Shown: one piece after another, positions 11,094-22,500 of the stretch
Position numbering within the stretch: the first letter of the stretch is position 1
Layout of the letters: the number at the start of each line of letters is the position of its first letter
NCBI GenBank assembly: GCA_016283295.1
Contig: JAEEMQ010000010.1
Location: 1 to 59,332 of the forward strand
DNA length: 59,332 nt
Source of the DNA: Alphaproteobacteria bacterium
GTDB taxonomy: Bacteria; Pseudomonadota; Alphaproteobacteria; RF32; CAG-239
Direction: 5' to 3'
Notes under the pieces: model-generated
The model's input: the letters and a program-made list of their open reading frames with translations, nothing else
The model's database searches: none
What the model was told of the DNA's origin: nothing
Position numbers and translations under genes: made by a program

Positions 11094-11167
11094 CGAGTTA
11101 AACCGGCGTCAGCAAAAAACGCTGATGCCGGCGCAATTTTCAATAGTTTGCAGAAAGGTAAAGAATT

Positions 11168-11476
11168 ATGAAAAGTAATGATAAAAAATTGGATATAATT
11201 TCCAGCGAAATGTTTTTGAAACAAATTTTATCCGGTCCGTATGAAACCGTCGGCACCTGCCGTGTGTTCAGCATTGACCGCGAAGCGGATATCAAAGAAG
11301 CCGCACGTTCCGATAAAGTTGCCGTATGCGCCGATATTGCCGCATTTAAGCAAAACCTGGAGAGCAACGGTGCGCCGAATGTGATGATTTCGCAACATTT
11401 GTTGAATAAAACATTGCTTACCCGGTTGGCGGAGGCATCTTCGTCCGAAAAAAATATTATATGGATTAACGACTGA
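11168..11476 (+). CDS. Hypothetical protein (102 aa)
   Basis: Fills the gap between AAA+ and vWA genes; AAAGGT SD-like upstream. Confidence 0.65.
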   Translation: MKSNDKKLDIISSEMFLKQILSGPYETVGTCRVFSIDREADIKEAARSDKVAVCADIAAFKQNLESNGAPNVMISQHLLNKTLLTRLAEASSSEKNIIWIND

Positions 11477-11493
11477 TAACCAGGAGTAGGGGC

Positions 11494-14400
11494 ATGAATA
11501 ACGCCTATAAATCTGCCGATGAAATTATGCATAAACCGTTTGCACCTTTGCGTATGGAAACGAGTGAAAAGTTTTTTGCAAAAAAGCTGACGATGACGGA
11601 TTTCACCGAGTTAAGCACCAGAATGTTGCAAGCCGCGCAGCTTATGCCGAATATTTCCGTATCGGATCTCGGTATTGAAATCAAAAAGGCCTATGAGTTT
11701 TTGAAGACCGGTAAGTGCGAACAATATCCGGATATTAAAGACCCGGCGCAACAATATGTGTGGGGTATGGCGTTAGCCTGTACCGAATGCGATCCGCAAA
11801 TTCGTGCCCGTTGGCAGGGACCGGAAAAGAATCGGCCGATTTATAAACTGGAAGTTTGGGATAAATTAAAACGCAGCGCACCGGCAATCAGCGAGCTGCG
11901 ACGCCACGCCTTTATGGTGGCGGAAATGCCGTTTTTGAAGGAAGATGTCGAACTTAAATGGGGCGCTTGCCAATATCCGAGCGTCGGTTTCTATTTTGAC
12001 CCGCAAAACAATAAGATTAACCTGGATTTGGTGTGGGCGCTCATCGGCGGTTTCGAACATTCGCGTGCGGCGCAGTTGCACGAAATCGGACACAGCCGCG
12101 GCACTTTGAAGTTTACGCGCAAGCTCAACGAGTTGAAAAAAACATACGACGAGCTCAATGAAAAGGCGCGCAAGCGTACCATTACCAAGGAAGAGTATAA
12201 ACAACTCAAGAGCGTGGCACGTGAATATCAATATCGTTTTTCTATTTTTGATGAAGCGGAAAACAGCTATGCCAACCGGTTTGCGGTAAATGCTTCCGAT
12301 TTCGGTATGGTGCGTCAGGATGTCGGTTATGACCTGAACTCGATTGAAACTCAGCTGTTCAGCGTCGGTGCCGATATTTTGCTGAACCGTCAGGAATTTA
12401 AGTTACCGCCGGATACGCCGGCCAATCGTGCTTATAACTTTAAGCGGGCATTGCGTTTGTCTTTCCACGTCAATAACGATATTGTCGAAGACGATGCCAA
12501 AGGCTGGCAGGATTTGGGTATCAATGTCGATTGGATTGAGTATACCGACGACAACGGTAAAGAAATCAAAGGTCCGGAAGCGCTGAAGAAATTGCGCGAA
12601 ATGGCGACTCGCCTGGAGAAATTGCAATTAAGCGAACGCGATTATCATAAGCCGGAAAAGCAGATTATTAAGCTGTTTGAAGATTATTCGGAGAAGAGAT
12701 GTGAAGTAATCGATGAAATATTCGAGCGCTTTGCCAAGAGATATTATGACCAGACCAAGGATAAGGAACGCGAAGACAACAAGCAACAAGGTCAAAACGG
12801 TCAGAACGGCCAGCAGGGTCAAAACGGTCAGCAGGGCCAGCAAGGCCAGAACGGTCAACAAGGCCAACAAGGGCAACAGGGACAACAAGGACAACAAGGC
12901 CAGCAGGGCGGTCAGAGCCAGGGCGGTCAAGGCCAAAATCAGCAAGACCAGGAAGGTCAGCAGAATCAAAACGGCGGTCAGCAAAACCAAGAAGGTCAGG
13001 GCGGCGGACAGGAAGGTCCGGAAGATGAAAACGGCGGCCAGGGCAGTCAGGAGCTGAACGACGACGAAAACAATTCGCGTCAAGGCAAAAATAATTCCGG
13101 CGACCACAGCGATTTACCGGGAACCGACCAGGAAGACGATAAAGTTGACGAAGACGGTCGCGGCGGTAACGGCGACGAGAAGGACAAGTCCGGTAAAGGC
13201 GGTGACGAAAAGGATGAATCCGGCAAGGGCGAAGGCGACGAAAAAGACCAGTCCGGTAAAGGCGGCGAAGGCGACGAAAAGGATAAGTCAGGCGAAGGCA
13301 ACGAAAAGGGCGAAGGTAATAATTCGAGTAATGACCATGACGATTTGCCGGGCATTGACGAAGAAAGCAAGAAGAGCGGCGAAGATGCCGAAAACGAAGA
13401 TAACGACGATTATCCGGGCAAAAAACAAAAGTCGGGTAAAGATCATGACGATTTGCCGGGTGTGGGCGAAGGCGATGACCGCAGCGGCGAAGACGCTCAG
13501 AAAAACAAAAACAAGAAAAAGCCTAAACCTCGTGCCGGCAGTGATGAAGAAAAAGCCGAATTTATGGAGAATTTCGAACAGCAGATTTCAGATGAAGATT
13601 TGACACCGGAAAATATGGTGCCGCTGGAAGATTTGCCGGAAACTCCGGAAGAGGTATATCGGCAGATGATTGAAGCCATAATGGAAAACATTGATGACGG
13701 CGAGGGTATGGACGCCACGGATATTATCCGTATGTCGCCGGAAGAGGAACAGGCAAACTGCGAAAAAGAACATTCCGAAGACAACAGCGACCATCAGCGG
13801 CAGCAAACTTCCAAGCACCAAAAAGTCAAGAGCGACAGCGCTGCCGTATCGTACGAGTTGCCGAAGCATCTGGTAAAGGAAAACGAGTTCCAGAAGATTA
13901 TCGGCAAGCATCAGGAAACCATTGAAAAACTGCGCAATAAGTTTATTGAGCTGCAAAACAAATATTATGACTATGTTCCGGATCAGGATGTTTTGGCCAC
14001 CGTTCCGGATGCCGGCAATTTGCGGGTGGATATTCCGTCGTATATCGAGCGGCTCAAAAAGCAGGCCATGGGCGAGGAGCTTAAGGAGAAGGATTTTGAA
14101 AACTATATCGTCAGCTCCGAGGCCAGAGAAGAAACCAAAGCGCCGATAGACGTTGTTATTCTGATTGATAACTCCGGCTCAATGACCTATAACAATATGG
14201 ATAAGACGGCGATTGAAATCGGTTGCTGTTTATTCCAGGCAACGCGCGATAATCCGGCATTTAACGTATATGTCGAGATGATGCACGATCCGGTTACGTG
14301 GATTGCCAAACCGGGCGAAAACAGCGTGGAAATTTCGCGTCGTTTGGCCACGGTTATGCACGATACCCGTTACGGCGACGATAAAATCGGTGCATGTATC

Positions 14401-14811
14401 GAAGATACCATTGAAGAAGTGAGCAAGCGCGACCCTACCTCCAGCCATGAGGGTATGGTAAACTTCTTTATGATTACCGACGGCGGACACACCGACGGCG
14501 GAGACTCCTTCGAACTGGTAGAAAACATTGTCGAAAGCGATTTGCCGATTACGTTTAACTGGGTACTGACCGAATCGTTCAGAAGAAGCTATGTTGAGGA
14601 CCTGATTGAAGAACATAGTACCGGTACAGGCAACAAGCGTATTGATTATGTTGAACATGTTGACGGCAGAAACGTTTTGGAAAAACTGGTACCGATGATT
14701 GAAAAGCGGGTGGAAGATGCCATGCATATCTCGGCACAAAAGACCAGCGATAAACAAATGGATTTGAATACTTTTATGGAAAAGAAAGGACGCGGTGATT
14801 ACGATGGTTAA
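11494..14811 (+). CDS. vWA (MIDAS) domain protein with N-terminal HExxH metallopeptidase-like domain and Q/G- and D/E-rich linker (CobT-like architecture)
   Basis: QLHEIGH plus downstream EAENSYAN; MIDAS DVVILIDNSGSM and FFMITDG; AGGAG SD. Confidence 0.85.
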   Translation: MNNAYKSADEIMHKPFAPLRMETSEKFFAKKLTMTDFTELSTRMLQAAQLMPNISVSDLGIEIKKAYEFLKTGKCEQYPDIKDPAQQYVWGMALACTECDPQIRARWQGPEKNRPIYKLEVWDKLKRSAPAISELRRHAFMVAEMPFLKEDVELKWGACQYPSVGFYFDPQNNKINLDLVWALIGGFEHSRAAQLHEIGHSRGTLKFTRKLNELKKTYDELNEKARKRTITKEEYKQLKSVAREYQYRFSIFDEAENSYANRFAVNASDFGMVRQDVGYDLNSIETQLFSVGADILLNRQEFKLPPDTPANRAYNFKRALRLSFHVNNDIVEDDAKGWQDLGINVDWIEYTDDNGKEIKGPEALKKLREMATRLEKLQLSERDYHKPEKQIIKLFEDYSEKRCEVIDEIFERFAKRYYDQTKDKEREDNKQQGQNGQNGQQGQNGQQGQQGQNGQQGQQGQQGQQGQQGQQGGQSQGGQGQNQQDQEGQQNQNGGQQNQEGQGGGQEGPEDENGGQGSQELNDDENNSRQGKNNSGDHSDLPGTDQEDDKVDEDGRGGNGDEKDKSGKGGDEKDESGKGEGDEKDQSGKGGEGDEKDKSGEGNEKGEGNNSSNDHDDLPGIDEESKKSGEDAENEDNDDYPGKKQKSGKDHDDLPGVGEGDDRSGEDAQKNKNKKKPKPRAGSDEEKAEFMENFEQQISDEDLTPENMVPLEDLPETPEEVYRQMIEAIMENIDDGEGMDATDIIRMSPEEEQANCEKEHSEDNSDHQRQQTSKHQKVKSDSAAVSYELPKHLVKENEFQKIIGKHQETIEKLRNKFIELQNKYYDYVPDQDVLATVPDAGNLRVDIPSYIERLKKQAMGEELKEKDFENYIVSSEAREETKAPIDVVILIDNSGSMTYNNMDKTAIEIGCCLFQATRDNPAFNVYVEMMHDPVTWIAKPGENSVEISRRLATVMHDTRYGDDKIGACIEDTIEEVSKRDPTSSHEGMVNFFMITDGGHTDGGDSFELVENIVESDLPITFNWVLTESFRRSYVEDLIEEHSTGTGNKRIDYVEHVDGRNVLEKLVPMIEKRVEDAMHISAQKTSDKQMDLNTFMEKKGRGDYDG
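12784..13470 (+). repeat. Intragenic low-complexity repeats: (GQQ/GQN)n, (GDEKDxSGKG)n and DHxDLPG units
   Basis: 9-bp periodicity with varied synonymous codons at ~12784-12910; ~30-36-bp units at ~13170-13310; DHSDLPG, DHDDLPG, DDYPG, DHDDLPG. Confidence 0.9.
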
Positions 14812-16171
14812 GATTACGGACACGGTAGAAATTCATGACGGCGTGGCGTTGATGATAGGGCGACACGACGAGGCCAGTGGCCCGAATATTATGCCGCGCG
14901 GCGCGATGTTTGCTTATGCCATGGGTAAATACGGGGCGGAATATTTCAAAATCGACCCGCCGGAAATGATTATGCATTCGCCGGTATCGCGGGCACGCAA
15001 TACGGCATTGATGCACCGTAATACCATGATTTTCAACGAGATGGGCGAGCCGGAAATGTCGACGGATATGCGCCTGCACGAACAAGCCGGCGACGAGCTG
15101 CTGTGTCTGGCGGCGGAAGAGGCCATTCGCTATGCGGCGAATATGGGCTATAAAACCGTTGAAATTATCACCCACTCCGATTCTCCTTTCAGTATCGCCC
15201 ACCATTTCGGCGGTTATAACAGCAGCGGTTTGAACTACGGCGGTATGATAGTGCTTAAAGCCGACAACTGGGAGGATATGCTGAACAAAAAAACATACGG
15301 ACAGGGAGTTGTTTACGGTTCGCAAGAGTTGGCGCGCAAAGTTTTGGGCAATTTAGCGGTTGATACGCTTAATGTTATGAGTATGCCGAATAATACGTTG
15401 TATTTGGATGAATTACACAAAAACCAAGAAGCACAAAAAATCTGGCGGGAAGCCGGCATACAAGATCATTCCGAGCTTGAGGTAAAGCTTAATGCGATTA
15501 TTAAGGCCAAAGAAGCAGAATCGCAGGAATGGCTCATAAAGGCGCTCAAAGGTGAAGAAGTCGAATCGGTGGTGGCGCCGAACGAATTTATGCAAATGTA
15601 TGATGCCTATATATATTGGGTGCAGAATATGGCGCTGACGGTGGGAATTAATCCGTATGAAACGACCGACGGGCGGTTGTATGATTATGACGGCAATTTC
15701 AAAGATAATCAGGGCAGAATGCAATCCAAGATGATGGATAAACTGGCGGGGCTGGATAAGCGCGCCCGTACGCTTTCGGCGGCGCTTTCCGACGATGATC
15801 AGGATTATTTGTACCCGATTTTGAACGCGGCGGTACAAAAAAGGGAAGACGGACGCTTTACGGAACGCAAGGGCAGAGTGGCCGGGCATGCCGGCAGTAT
15901 CGGTCTTAATGTTCCGGGATATACCGATATGATGCAGCCGGAGAAGTTCAGCCCGGAATTTGTCGCGAAGAAGAAAGATGGTTATCAGATGGAAGAAACC
16001 GAGGACCATCCGCTGTTGAACGCCTTGTTGGCGGCCAGAATGCGGGCGGCGGCGCGTAAAGAAGCGGAAGAAAATGCGGAGGCGCAAAGAAGCGCTCCGG
16101 CAACATCCGGCGGAAACGCTCCGTCGGCGGTGGATATTGCTTTAAGTAAAGGCGGCAACGACGGCAAATAA
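14804..16171 (+). CDS. Histidine phosphatase superfamily-like N-terminal domain plus unknown C-terminal region
   Basis: LMIGRHD, MHSPVSRARNTA and IITHS match the RHG / SPxxRAxxTA / xxH motifs; ATG 14804 overlaps the end of the vWA gene (track start is GTG 14795). Confidence 0.65.
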   Translation: MVKITDTVEIHDGVALMIGRHDEASGPNIMPRGAMFAYAMGKYGAEYFKIDPPEMIMHSPVSRARNTALMHRNTMIFNEMGEPEMSTDMRLHEQAGDELLCLAAEEAIRYAANMGYKTVEIITHSDSPFSIAHHFGGYNSSGLNYGGMIVLKADNWEDMLNKKTYGQGVVYGSQELARKVLGNLAVDTLNVMSMPNNTLYLDELHKNQEAQKIWREAGIQDHSELEVKLNAIIKAKEAESQEWLIKALKGEEVESVVAPNEFMQMYDAYIYWVQNMALTVGINPYETTDGRLYDYDGNFKDNQGRMQSKMMDKLAGLDKRARTLSAALSDDDQDYLYPILNAAVQKREDGRFTERKGRVAGHAGSIGLNVPGYTDMMQPEKFSPEFVAKKKDGYQMEETEDHPLLNALLAARMRAAARKEAEENAEAQRSAPATSGGNAPSAVDIALSKGGNDGK

Positions 16172-16197
16172 TTATTACATAAACAGGGAGAACAGTA

Positions 16198-19100
16198 ATG
16201 GCCGGGCATGATTGTATTGAATTGAACCGAAAACTCACAGATGACGGACTCTTTAGTCCTTATTATATCTTGCACGATATAGATGATGAAGAATTCGGCT
16301 ATCTGAAGAAAGATAAATTCTATTTGGATGCGGCTAAAAAGACTTTTGATATAACCAATTATGCCAAAAGAGAAGACCCGGTCGATGAGGTTGTTTTATC
16401 GTCAATAGCCAGGTGGAAACCGCAGAAAAAAGATGACGGCCATGCCATTTCCGAATTGTTTGATGCCGAGAGCATTCTGCGCGAATCGATTAAGCGCGAC
16501 GGCGGTAAGAACTTTACCAAACTTCTTAAAGAGAAAATGGAATATGATAATTATCTCCCTGCCGAATATTTAGAATATTTGGCTCAGCATGAATTTGCCG
16601 CGGAAATATTGGCCGCAAATCCGGATATTGTCGCGGCCGTAAAAGAATCGTTCAACGTTTATAATTGCGGTTTCAGGTCTAATTATGCTGTATTTGAAAC
16701 CAGCATGAAAAACTATGCGGAGAAACTCGAAAAAATTGCCGACAACGAGGTGTTTAAGCCGTATTTTGACGCGCGGAAACAAATAGAAGAATCGCAAAAA
16801 TTAAGTAAGAACGATGCCTGGGCTAAGGCTTTGGCGGCATCGGAGAAAAGACTGTCTTTAGATACTTTGGAAAAGAATTTTGATAGAATCGTCGAGGCAT
16901 TGCCGAAGCATCCGGAGTTGATTCCGCTGGTGGCCAACAGCCTTAATGTCAAGCGCAGTGACTATAATCTTGATTGGCACTATGACGACGACTATGCAAG
17001 AGGCAGGAGAAGAGCCAGAGAATTAAGAGAATCCGGCAGGCTGACTTATGATTGCTATGTGGCCGCCTTAAAAGTCGATGAGCTGGAATATGCCGAGTTT
17101 AAGGACCGCGAGGAAATCATTAAAACTTATTTGCAACAAAAAGATTTGAATATCTTTGAACTCAGGAATTGTCTGGCGATTAACAGCAAAATTACCGAGG
17201 AATTTATCCGCAGCGTTCCGGAGATTCGCGAGAGGGTGGAAAAATTGTTCGAGAATCCGCGCAATTATAAGGCGCAGGAGCAATTTAACGACTCGCCGAC
17301 ACTCAATAAGTTTTTTAAGGTGTCGAAAAAGTTGGCCGTTGCCGAAAAGAATTTGCGCAAGATGAGCGGCGACGAAGTGTTTGATATTTTAACGCAGGAT
17401 GTAAACAATATTCCGGAAGCGCGTGAAGCAGAACGACAAATGGAGATGCTGCTGAGATATTTCAAACAGACGAAAGGTTTGAGCGAATACGACCCGGGGG
17501 CGGATTTGTGTTATTCCGGTTATAATAAAGACGGACGCTGGGAGAGTTTGAACCCGTTGCTTAACGATGTCGGCACTTATAAATGTTCGCCGAAAATGGC
17601 CGAGGTTTTGGAAAAGCGTATTGCCCGCATATTTGCCCATCATAACTATCATAACGTGCCGCGCAAAGAGGCCAGTTACAGCTATATGAGCGATGTCGGA
17701 ATAGAGCATTTTGCCAAGGAGATGGCAAAGGCGCTGATTAAAGACCCGGATTCTCATCAATCCAAGTTTTATTTGAAATATTCGCAATATGTGTTAAATC
17801 AATGGCAGGGTGGCAAGAGCTCTTACAAAGATATGGCAACGGAGGTGTTGCCGGAGATGGCGAAAAAAGGGCGCTTTGACGTTTTTGAAAAGATTTTGCA
17901 CGATATGAACACGGCCGAAGGCAAACAATATGAGTTAAAAGAATGGATGCCGGAAAATATGAAAAAAGAGCTGGAAAAAGGCGTCAACTCACCGATTTCA
18001 AAATATTATCTGGAGCGAATTGAAACCAACTTCCAAAACACCGAAACTTTGGCCAACGTGGTCGGGGATTTTGTGGCTGCGGATAAGGGTAAGCATCTGC
18101 CGGAAACCGAAAGATTGTGCAATGCTTTGCTGAACTTATATAATAAGAAAGGCATCAATAAAGAAAACGCTCAAGAATTTGAGAACAGCTTGGTCAATAT
18201 CTATCAGCACCATAAAGATGCCAACATAGCCGATGTATTGGAAAAGAACAGCAAAAGCATCGAAATTGATAAAGGGGAGAAAAAAAGCAAGCAGCTGTTT
18301 GAATATTACGTTAAATGGCAACGCACCGGCCTGAAATGCTTTGAAGATGTGGTTGATAAGATTTTGGCCAAGACCAAGGAGTTGAGCTTAAACGGTGTAG
18401 ACGAGTTGGATAAAAATATTGATCTTACCGCACTGCATGAGAAATTTAAGACGGCCGGAATTGAACGTATCAATTATGAATATCATAAAATTGAGTTGCC
18501 GGTATTGAAGCAGTTGATGAGCGGACATCCGCATTTGAAAAAAATCTATATGGATGTGCGTGATGAGGCAGAACTTCCGCTTGAAGCTTTTGCTCCGGCG
18601 CCGAAGTTGGAAGAAATCTTTATAGACAGCAGCTCAAGAGCAGGATTGGGTAATATTCCCGAGATAATCGCCGGCTGTCCGAATTTGGAACAGATAGATG
18701 ACAACAGAACAAGAAGATTAAGCGAGAAGGAAACGCAGGAGTTATATGAATATCTGATGGCAAGCAAACCGGGAAGATTCTTTGACATCAGCTACGAATT
18801 TACAAATGAACAAGCCCGAAATCTGATGGAAAAATATCCGACGCTGACGGTAGGAATCCGGTATTTCGGCGGCGATAAGGAATATGAGAAGTTGGCGGAG
18901 TTGTGCGGACGCAATCGACATATTCAGGAAATTGTCCGCGGTAAGGATGCTTATGACGACAAGGTAAGAATTACCGATGCCAAGACGTTGCAAGGCTTGA
19001 TTGAAAAGAAGGTTTTGGCGGAGTGTTTGGAGCTTATGGAGCCGAAAAGACGTCCGAGTTTTGAAAAACTGTGCGGCTCAATGGACGGTTTCCATGATGC

Positions 19101-19539
19101 GGTCAAAAAGAGTTACGGCAATGAATACAGCAAAGTTATTGCCAAAGTTGCCGATTTGACCGGTGCCGTCGACTTCAAAAACGAGATAGATTTGCGGCAG
19201 GCAATCGCCAAAGATAAGGTTATGGAATTTTTGAACGGATTTGCCGATGATAAGCGGCCGAACGTCAGACTGCTGAACGGACATCAGGTTGACGATGTTA
19301 CGCCGTTTGAAAACTTGGCCAAGAAAAAGAAAAACCGTATGGAATTGGCGGCGGTAATCGAAGCCTTTAAGCCGAGCGATAAGGATTTGGATGCTTTGGC
19401 GGCCGCCAGCAACGCCAAGTCAGCGTTGCACGGGGTGGTTGAATATGTTAAATCCGAACGGCAGGAAAAAGCTCGGAAAGAAAAGGAAAGGGCCAGATTT
19501 GCACAATGGAAGGCTAAAAATATCCGGGACGATAAGTAG
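16198..19539 (+). CDS. Large hypothetical protein, paralog A (helical, possible degenerate LRR segment)
   Basis: 1113 aa; GGGAG SD; collinear similarity to the next gene; LKKIYMD/LEEIFID/LEQID spacing. Confidence 0.85.
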   Translation: MAGHDCIELNRKLTDDGLFSPYYILHDIDDEEFGYLKKDKFYLDAAKKTFDITNYAKREDPVDEVVLSSIARWKPQKKDDGHAISELFDAESILRESIKRDGGKNFTKLLKEKMEYDNYLPAEYLEYLAQHEFAAEILAANPDIVAAVKESFNVYNCGFRSNYAVFETSMKNYAEKLEKIADNEVFKPYFDARKQIEESQKLSKNDAWAKALAASEKRLSLDTLEKNFDRIVEALPKHPELIPLVANSLNVKRSDYNLDWHYDDDYARGRRRARELRESGRLTYDCYVAALKVDELEYAEFKDREEIIKTYLQQKDLNIFELRNCLAINSKITEEFIRSVPEIRERVEKLFENPRNYKAQEQFNDSPTLNKFFKVSKKLAVAEKNLRKMSGDEVFDILTQDVNNIPEAREAERQMEMLLRYFKQTKGLSEYDPGADLCYSGYNKDGRWESLNPLLNDVGTYKCSPKMAEVLEKRIARIFAHHNYHNVPRKEASYSYMSDVGIEHFAKEMAKALIKDPDSHQSKFYLKYSQYVLNQWQGGKSSYKDMATEVLPEMAKKGRFDVFEKILHDMNTAEGKQYELKEWMPENMKKELEKGVNSPISKYYLERIETNFQNTETLANVVGDFVAADKGKHLPETERLCNALLNLYNKKGINKENAQEFENSLVNIYQHHKDANIADVLEKNSKSIEIDKGEKKSKQLFEYYVKWQRTGLKCFEDVVDKILAKTKELSLNGVDELDKNIDLTALHEKFKTAGIERINYEYHKIELPVLKQLMSGHPHLKKIYMDVRDEAELPLEAFAPAPKLEEIFIDSSSRAGLGNIPEIIAGCPNLEQIDDNRTRRLSEKETQELYEYLMASKPGRFFDISYEFTNEQARNLMEKYPTLTVGIRYFGGDKEYEKLAELCGRNRHIQEIVRGKDAYDDKVRITDAKTLQGLIEKKVLAECLELMEPKRRPSFEKLCGSMDGFHDAVKKSYGNEYSKVIAKVADLTGAVDFKNEIDLRQAIAKDKVMEFLNGFADDKRPNVRLLNGHQVDDVTPFENLAKKKKNRMELAAVIEAFKPSDKDLDALAAASNAKSALHGVVEYVKSERQEKARKEKERARFAQWKAKNIRDDK

Positions 19540-19550
19540 GAGTTCGTAAC

Positions 19551-22500
19551 ATGGATAATCAGGAAATATGGAAAAAATTAAAAGAGCAGGCGGCAACACA
19601 AGGGTATGTCGATTTAACTGACTTTCGGAAGCTGAATACCGAATTTGTTAAAGAAGAATTGCCGAAAGATGCGAAGATGCTGGCGGCGGTAATGAAGACG
19701 GTCGATATTGCCACCTATGCCGATACGGAAGAAGGTGTTGATGAATACAAATTGTCTTATATAGTAAGAGCCGCCAAGGAATTTTGCGATACCGAGAAAA
19801 TTTTTAGCGAATCGCTGCAAAAAGACGGCGGTAAAAATTTGGAAAAACAGTTGCGCTACATAGCAAAAGCACACAAAGGAGCTTCTGTTTTTAGCAGCCG
19901 CATGGAGTACTATATCGAGAATAATCCGTTTTTAGATAAGGTGTTGACGGAGAATCCGGATATAGTCGAAGGTTTGAAAAAATATTTTGATGTGACACGG
20001 AGCGGGTTGACCGGCAGTAAAAATAATTGTAACAGATTGGAAGAATATTATATCAAGTCTGTTGCCACGATTGCCGACAGCGGAAGATTTGCTCCGTATT
20101 TTGACGCTTATGCGATAATCAATTCTACAAGAGAATTAAACGAAAAAGAGAAGTTTTTGCGTCGTATGCAAAATGAGGCTGTCGAGAACGGCGGAAAGCT
20201 ACGGCCGTTAATACTTAAAGAATATATGGATGAGGTTTTGGAAGCATTGCCGGAGCATCCGGAGATTCTGCCGATAATCGAAAAGAGCTTTGCTGTGGAC
20301 AGTAAGGATAAGTATATAGAAGAACATGGTTATAAATATGGAGAAGAAGCATACGAAGCAGATAAAAAAGCGGCCGCGGCAATTTTGCTCTTTGGGAAGC
20401 TGAAAAAGTTTTTCAATGTGGAAAAAGCTTGGGCTTACGGTGAACCCGGCGGCAAAGAGAGGCTGGCTTATGATGATAAGGAGCGAATTGTCAATTTATA
20501 TTTGCAACGCGACGATTTGAACATATATCAGCTGCGAGCCTGTCTGGCAATCAGCCGAAGTGCGACGGAATGGGCAATTAGGAACCATCCGGAAATCAAA
20601 GAGCGCGTCAATAAAATGCTGGAAGGCGCCCAATCGTATAAGTTGTTGCAAAGCTTTGCCAACGACTCTACCCTGAACAAGTTTTTTGATATGCACGAAA
20701 AATTCGAGCGCTCGGCCGAGGCAGTGCAACAGCTGAGCGGCAAGGAAGTGTATACGATTTTTACCACGCCGGAAAGCGAAATTCCGGAAGCGGCGGAGAT
20801 GAACCGGCAATACCGGGTAATTAAAGAATATCTCGAACAAACTAAGGAATTGAGCAAACGTAGTTTTGATGCCGATTTGTGTTATACCGGTTTTCGTAAA
20901 GACGAACGTTGGTACGAAAACGGCGGGCTGAACGAGTTTTTGCAAGATGCCGGCACCTTTAAGGGTGCGCCGGAAATAACGCAAATGGTCGATGAATGTG
21001 TCGGGCGGATTTTTGCTCACTATATCTATAATACAGAGGGCAAAAAATCGCGGTTTTCCTACATGAGCACCAGCGGAATTGAGAAGTTTGCCGAGAATAT
21101 GGAAGAAGAAGTAAAGGCCGACCCGGATTCGTCTAAGGCGCAGTTTTATTTGAAGTACGCTCCGATAGTGTTGGACCAGTACGGATCCGGTATTTATAAA
21201 GGGGTGGCTCAGGTTTTGTTGCCGGAAATGGCGGAAAGAGGCCGGTTTGACGTTTGCAAACAAATTTTTACGGGGATGAAACAGACGGACGGATATTACA
21301 GCGGTGCCAACACTTGGTGTACTTACAATATGCGGGAAGTGCTGTCGTCCGCGGAAACCGAAAAGCCGCTGTTTAAGTTTTATTTGCAAAACGCCAAAGA
21401 ATTTTGTTCGAGCATCGACCAATATTTGGATTTTGCCGCGGTACTCATCGGCAAGGATATGAACGCGCATCCGGAAATTACCGCTCAATTAGGCAAAGAA
21501 ATCGGCGAGATGTATAAAGAAATGAAGCCGAAAGATCCGCAAGAATGTGCCGATAAACTGGCGCGGATTTATCAATATTATCCGGCGCCGGAATTTGCCG
21601 AGATTATTGACGAGAGGAGCAGATCTTTGGAGCTGACGGAAGAAAATTTGTGCAAATATTACACCAACTGGCAATGCACCGGTATGAAGAGTTTCGAATT
21701 TGCGGTGGAAAACATTTTGATTGATATGAAAAAGTTTGTTTATAAACCGCAGGACGGTATTGATTATAAGCCGCTGTTGGAGCGACTTAAGCAGTCCGAT
21801 ATCAAGGAAATAGAAGTGCGTAAGCTGTTGCCGTCGCAAGATACCGATTTTGCCCTGAGCGGTTATAAAACGCTGGAAAGGATACACTTTAATTGCGTGG
21901 GCAAAATCAATGCCGAGGCGCTGTTTGACAATCCGTCTTTAAAGATAGTTGATAAGGAATACGAAGCGGGAGTTACCGTTAATAATTTGGAAAAACTGTT
22001 TGACGGCGCTTTACCGAGTTTGGAGGAATTCAAACTAAGTCCGACGGTTATACCGGAGCAGGAAGAAGCATTATATAATCTCTTGATGGAACGAAAACCG
22101 GAAAGTTTGCATGTATTATACTACGACTTTGAAAGAGAAAAAGCCGAGAATCTGATGGATAGAAATTTACTGTTAGTGGTGAACAGCCACAAGTTGGATA
22201 CGTATCATAATTCTCAGATGTCGCGTAACGAGGAGTTTATCGGCTTTCATAAAGGCACGAGGTCGCTGGAGCAACGCTACGTATTGGATGACGTAATCAG
22301 GTATAAAAGATTGGTCGAAGCCATATCGGTTATGCCGCCGGAAAAACGGCCGACGCTGCAACAGATGGAGAATACTTTTAATCCCGAAGACCCGGGTAAA
22401 CTGCATGAGCGAATCAAAGAATATTACGGCGAAGACAGATATCCGGAGGTTATACAACGCGTGAATGATTTGTCGAACGGCAAAGAAATTAAATTCAATC

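Noticed and set aside
11168-11476. Similarity of the 102-aa protein to the AAA+ C-terminal region (ETVGT/ETLGT; ADIAAF/ADVDAF)
   Set aside because: Matches are short and differently spaced; likely chance without a profile search.
12784-12910. Short periodic repeats as a CRISPR or contingency locus
   Set aside because: In-frame 9-bp coding repeats with varied synonymous codons and no spacers.
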